In this document: positions 59,652-64,000 of the stretch, piece after piece
Layout: each line of letters opens with the position of its first letter
How positions within the stretch are numbered: position 1 is the first letter of the stretch
From: Squalus acanthias
Lineage: Eukaryota
Length of the DNA stretch: 64,000 nucleotides
Assembly: GCA_030390025.1 (NCBI GenBank)
Contig: CM059432.1
Location: 115,880,001 to 115,944,000 of the forward strand
Reading direction: 5' to 3'
Notes under the pieces: model-generated
Told to the model about the DNA's origin: nothing
Seen by the model: the letters and a program-made list of their open reading frames with translations, nothing else
Database searches by the model: none
Position numbers and translations under genes: made by a program

Positions 59652-59981
59652 AACTACTCTAATGAGAACTCATTGGGGGAGAAATTGGCTAACCCCCAAA
59701 GACGGGCATGGAGATCATGATATGCGATTAACCTGCGCCCGTTCATTGCATTGCAGGCAATACATTAAATTGCTGCTGCCTGCTGTTTTAAATGATTGCT
59801 GTGTGTAGCCAACGTTAGCTGTGCTGTTCATTGGCTGCACACATCAGCAGGGGGCCCGATATCACGAGTGGCTAGCGCTACTTACAGGCAGCCTGCACCT
59901 CTTAAAGGGGAGGTGCATTGTGGCTGCAAGAAGTAGTGGGAGTTTTTTCAAAAGTCAATCTGGGCTGTGATACTTTGAGCA

Positions 59982-61310
59982 ATGGCTGAACATGCGAGAG
60001 AGCGACCACCAAGGTTTCCAAACAATGTGCTGGAGGACTTAATGGAAGAGGTGGAAAGGAGACACATCCTATATCTGCAGGGGGACGGGAGGCCCTCCAG
60101 ACAGATGCTCAGGAAGCAGTGGGAACAAGTACCGGCAGAGGTCAATGCCAGGAGTGTTGCTCCAAGAACATCGATGCAGTGCGGGAAGAAGTTTAACGAT
60201 CGCACACGAGTTGTCAAGGTCAGTGAGTTGATCTTCAAATGGCATATCCTACCAACTGCATCACTAGCCTCATCCACTGCTCAATTCACCACATCCCCAT
60301 CACCCATCCATCATCAATCTCTATCAATCAGTACTCAACACTAAAATTCATAAGCTTTACCTCACCCTCACACATTTAGCATTGTTGGAAGCCTCGCACC
60401 CACAACTCACACACACTGGCAGCTATTTATCCATGACAGCCACATCACTCAAACATATTGCATGACACTCACTGACACATTTCCCTCTTGCTTGCAGGAG
60501 AAGGTGGCACATAACAGCAGGCAATAGTAAAGAACTGGAGGAGAACAAGCATGCCTGCATGTTTTAACCCTAATGGTGGAGACAGTGCTGGCCATCATGG
60601 GAAGGGGTATCGCTGATGCTGTGGCCACCGGTGGGGCTGAAGCAATCGATGATGAGGGTATCTGCATACCTAATCCTCCTTCTCCCATCCCATTCGCCCT
60701 TATCCCTCAATCTCTTCTGACTCACAAACTGCAGATGGTGTAAGCAAACACTTCTTACTTTCTCCTCTCCCCTCACCGTAACCGTAACCTTTCTCTTTTC
60801 AGATACCCAAGAACTGGAACCTTCCAAGTCAGTGGAGGAAGTGAAAGAAGACAGTGAAGATGAAGAGACATTGTCACTCGAGCTTACACTCGTAGCCACC
60901 AGCTCAGATACTGACACTGTGCGTATTTTAGAGGCTAGGATAGAGGAGGGATCTGCACGTGGTGAAACACCAGCACAAGTGAGCAGGAGCTGGGACAAGG
61001 GGAAAGGATAGCTCTGGGGCCAGCTTGTCAGGGGGGCGAGATCACACACTAGTTCTGCTGCAGAGAAGTCAGGTGAGGGATTTGATGGGCCAGGTTACAG
61101 AAGAAGGCTGATGGGTGTACATAACCAAATGCTTGATGCACTGGAAAGCCTGCCAGAAAGCCTGCACTCAATTTCAAGGAGCATGGAGGAGTCCAGCACC
61201 AACTTGGCACAGGGCTTTGCACAGAGCTTAGAGCCCACTGAGTGGTCATCTTCATCAGCACACCTGTGGAACCAACCCTGATGCAGCATCTGATGGCCGA
61301 TGTCACAGCC
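59982..61310 (+). pseudogene. Harbinger Myb/SANT gene, 3 exons, stops in exon 2, 3'-truncated
   Basis: RERPPRFPNNVLE...QWEQV..EVNARS..PRTSMQCGKKFND; exon 2 from 60498, exon 3 from 60803. Confidence 0.8.
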
Positions 61311-62011
61311 GTGCTTGGGTCAAATAAAGGTGGTACAGAGGACTGCAGCAGAATGAAGGAATCGTGACTAGTGCCAGGATATCGGGCATTCACCTGCACG
61401 ATGCACTGCCTGTGGTCGCACACCAGCTGCACATTGAGGGAGTGGAATCCCTTTTGGTTCATGTAAATGGCAGAATTCAGATGAGGCGCCGCAAGGTAAC
61501 GGCATGTAGTCAATGGCACCCTGCACATGGGGAAACCTGCAATCCGTGCAAACCCTCGTGCTTGCTCTGCCTGCTTGTCTCTGGCAAGAGAGAATGAGAT
61601 GAAGCTGTCTCTCTTTGAATTGAGAGCCTCAGTGACCTCCCTTAGCAGCAGTGTAATGGAAACTGCAGCAGCCTGGAAGGAGCCAGATGCATAAAAATTA
61701 AGAGCCACGGTCACCTTGACAGCCACAAGCAATACTGTCCTTGTCCTACTTTGAGGCTGCAGTTGTGGCTGCAGTAGTTGGCAGATTTCAGTCATGCCCT
61801 CTTTTGTGAAGTGAAGACATCTCAAGCATTGGTCCTCGCTGAAGTTGAAGTAAGAGAATTGCTCCCTAAAGACCCTCGGCACATATGGTCTCCTGCTGAG
61901 AGCCCTTCTCCCCCTCCTCCCTCTTCCAGCAGCTTGCCCTGCTCTGCGTGGCCCCTCTTCATTCTCCCAGTCATGCTCAATTGCCAGAGGAAGCCCTATC
62001 AGGTCACCCAT
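61311..62011 (-). pseudogene. Harbinger transposase, 3'-truncated and degenerate
   Basis: RRPYVPRVFREQFSY...VKVTVALNFYASG...SLNVQLVCD...GTSHDSFIL. Confidence 0.85.
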
Positions 62012-62574
62012 GTCTGGAAGCAACTTGCTTCAGCACAAGCTTTTAAATGAACAAAAACGTACTTTAGCACCAGCTAGACCACTCCCTGTAGATTATTTAA
62101 ACTTTTGCCAACTATAAGAAAGCTCCAAAAACGCATACTATTGCACTAGCAGCCAGAAGAAATAGTCCAGCAACGAACATGTAAGTAATTCATGATCCAT
62201 TTAAATAGCGCTGATGGGGTGTCCTTTATTTAGTTTAACATGTGTTCAGCTGTTCGAGGTTAAGATAGGGCGTAGGCTGGAGCGTGGAGTTCGAAAATGG
62301 CAGTGCTGGCATCAAATCAGCGTTGCACACTGATTGACGTCATAATCTGCCTGCCCTGCATGCTGCCGGTGGTCGTTAGGTGTGCGGGCGCAAACCCCTT
62401 TACCAAGGTGGTGTCCAGCGCACTTCCCATCGGAAGTGTGCACGCGCACATCCAACCCCATTTTCAAGCATTAGAAGGCTGCGTAGTGCCTAAAAAAACA
62501 GGTGCTACAGAGCTCAAGTTCTCCCCCAATGTTTCCGAGCCTTCAGCTAATTTGTTCTCCATATCCATGGTTGA

Positions 62575-63140
62575 TTAAATATTGGGAAGACCGAAGCCTT
62601 TGTCTTCAGTCTCCGCCACAAATCCCGTTCCCTAGCCACCGACTCCATCCCTCTCCCTAGCATCTGTCTGAGGCTGAACTAGACTGTTCACAACCTTGGT
62701 GTCATATTTGACCCTGAAATGAGCTTCTGACCACATGTCCGCAGCATAACTAAGACCGCCTATTTCAACCTTCGTAACATCGCCCGACTCCACCCAGTCT
62801 CAGCTCATCCACTGCTGAAACCCTCATCCATGCCTTGGTTATCTCTAGGCTTGACTATTCCAACGCACTCCTGGCTGGCCTCCCACATTCTACCCTATGT
62901 AAACTTGAGGTGATCCAAAACTTGGCTGCCCGTGTCCTAACTCGCACCAAGTCCCGTTCACTTATCATCCCTGTGCTCGCTGACCAACATTGGCTCCCGG
63001 TTAAGCAATGCCTTAATTTTAAAATTCTCATCCTTGTTTTCAAATCCCTCCATGGCCTCACCCCTCCTTTTCTCTGTAATCTCCTTTTGCCCCACAACCC
63101 CCCGAGATATCTGCACTCCTCTAATTCTGGCCTCTTGAGG
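62575..63140 (+). mobile_element. L2 RT C-terminal fragment
   Basis: SRLDYSNALLAGLP...HWLPV...FKILILVFKSLHG. Confidence 0.85.
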
Positions 63141-63299
63141 TGGAAATTGTAGTACAAATAATAGTTCAAAAACAAATGAAAAGGAAGAGAGTAGAGTAAC
63201 AGTCAGGAATTGCGCTTTAGGTACTCCTGGTAAAGGGAAAACTAAAAAGATGTATCGTGATTAAACCAGGATAGAGAAATAAGAAACATGTGAGGAGAA

Positions 63300-64000
63300 C
63301 ACAAGAGCTGAATGACAGGCTAGGTGTGTGGCCCAAATAGCGTTCTTTATACAAACGCACGGAGTATAAGGAATAAATTGAATGAACTGCAGGCGCGAAT
63401 TCAAATTGGAGGGTATGACATGGTAGCCATTACTGAGACATGGCTGCAAGACGGTCAGGACTGGGAACTAAATATACCAGGTTATAAGGTCTACAGGAAA
63501 GATAGGAAAAATGGGAGAGGGGGAGGAGTAGCCTTAGTGATTAAGGATGAAATCACTTCAACGATAAGAGAGGATATAATGAGAGGATAACTAAAGTAAG
63601 AGTAGGGCCTATTAGGGACCATAAAGGTAACCTGTGTGTGGAAGCGGAAGACATGGGTTTGGTTCTTAATGAATACTTTGCATCTGTTTTCACAAAAGAG
63701 AGACGATGCAGACATTGCAATCAGGGAGGAGTGTGAAATATTAGATGAAATACACATAATGAAAGAGTAAGTTTTAAGGGGTTTAGCATCTTTGAAAGTG
63801 GATAAATCCCCAGGCCCGGATGAAATGTATCCCAGACTGTTAAGAGAAGTAAGAGAGGAAATAGCAGAGGCTCTGACCATCATTTTCCAATCCTCTCTGG
63901 CTACAGGTGTGGTGCCAGAGGACTGGAGGACTGCTAACATGGTACCGTTGTTTAAAAAGGGAGAAAGGGATAGACTGAGTAATTACAGGCCAGTCAGCCT
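63300..64000 (+). mobile_element. CR1 ORF2 fragment (EN start, internal deletion, linker), runs off the window
   Basis: YTNARSIRNK...ITETWL...GGGVAL, then a jump to DKSPGPD..YPRLLRE. Confidence 0.85.

Larger units (their letters stand above)
59675..62527. mobile_element. Decayed two-gene Harbinger with a central deletion
   Basis: TIR GGGGGAGAAATTG / CAAGTTCTCCCCC; flanks ATT/AAT. Confidence 0.85.

Overview
Eukaryotic, TE-saturated DNA, most likely from a shark or ray (an HE1-type V-SINE and Deu-domain SINEs were recognised from memory). No host protein-coding exon could be supported. The window is a nest of CR1, L2 and RTE LINE pieces, SINEs, Penelope-like fragments, one hAT derivative and many PIF/Harbinger elements and MITEs. 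Highlights: (1) an apparently intact two-gene Harbinger (30319-34533; TIRs, TTA TSD, intact DDE transposase plus a 3-exon Myb/SANT gene) with its own MITE at about 56835-57520; (2) a CR1 with an uninterrupted EN-RT ORF2 whose ORF1/ORF2 junction carries an in-frame T_TTA_AAC -1 slippery heptamer, also seen in a second, diverged CR1; (3) an ORF1-less LINE whose 5' end is a tRNA-like/SINE-core module; (4) three Penelope-type fragments with minimal hammerhead ribozyme motifs, two of them long hairpins flanked by 12-bp TSDs. Boundaries of decayed elements are approximate. Family names are from recognition, not database searches.
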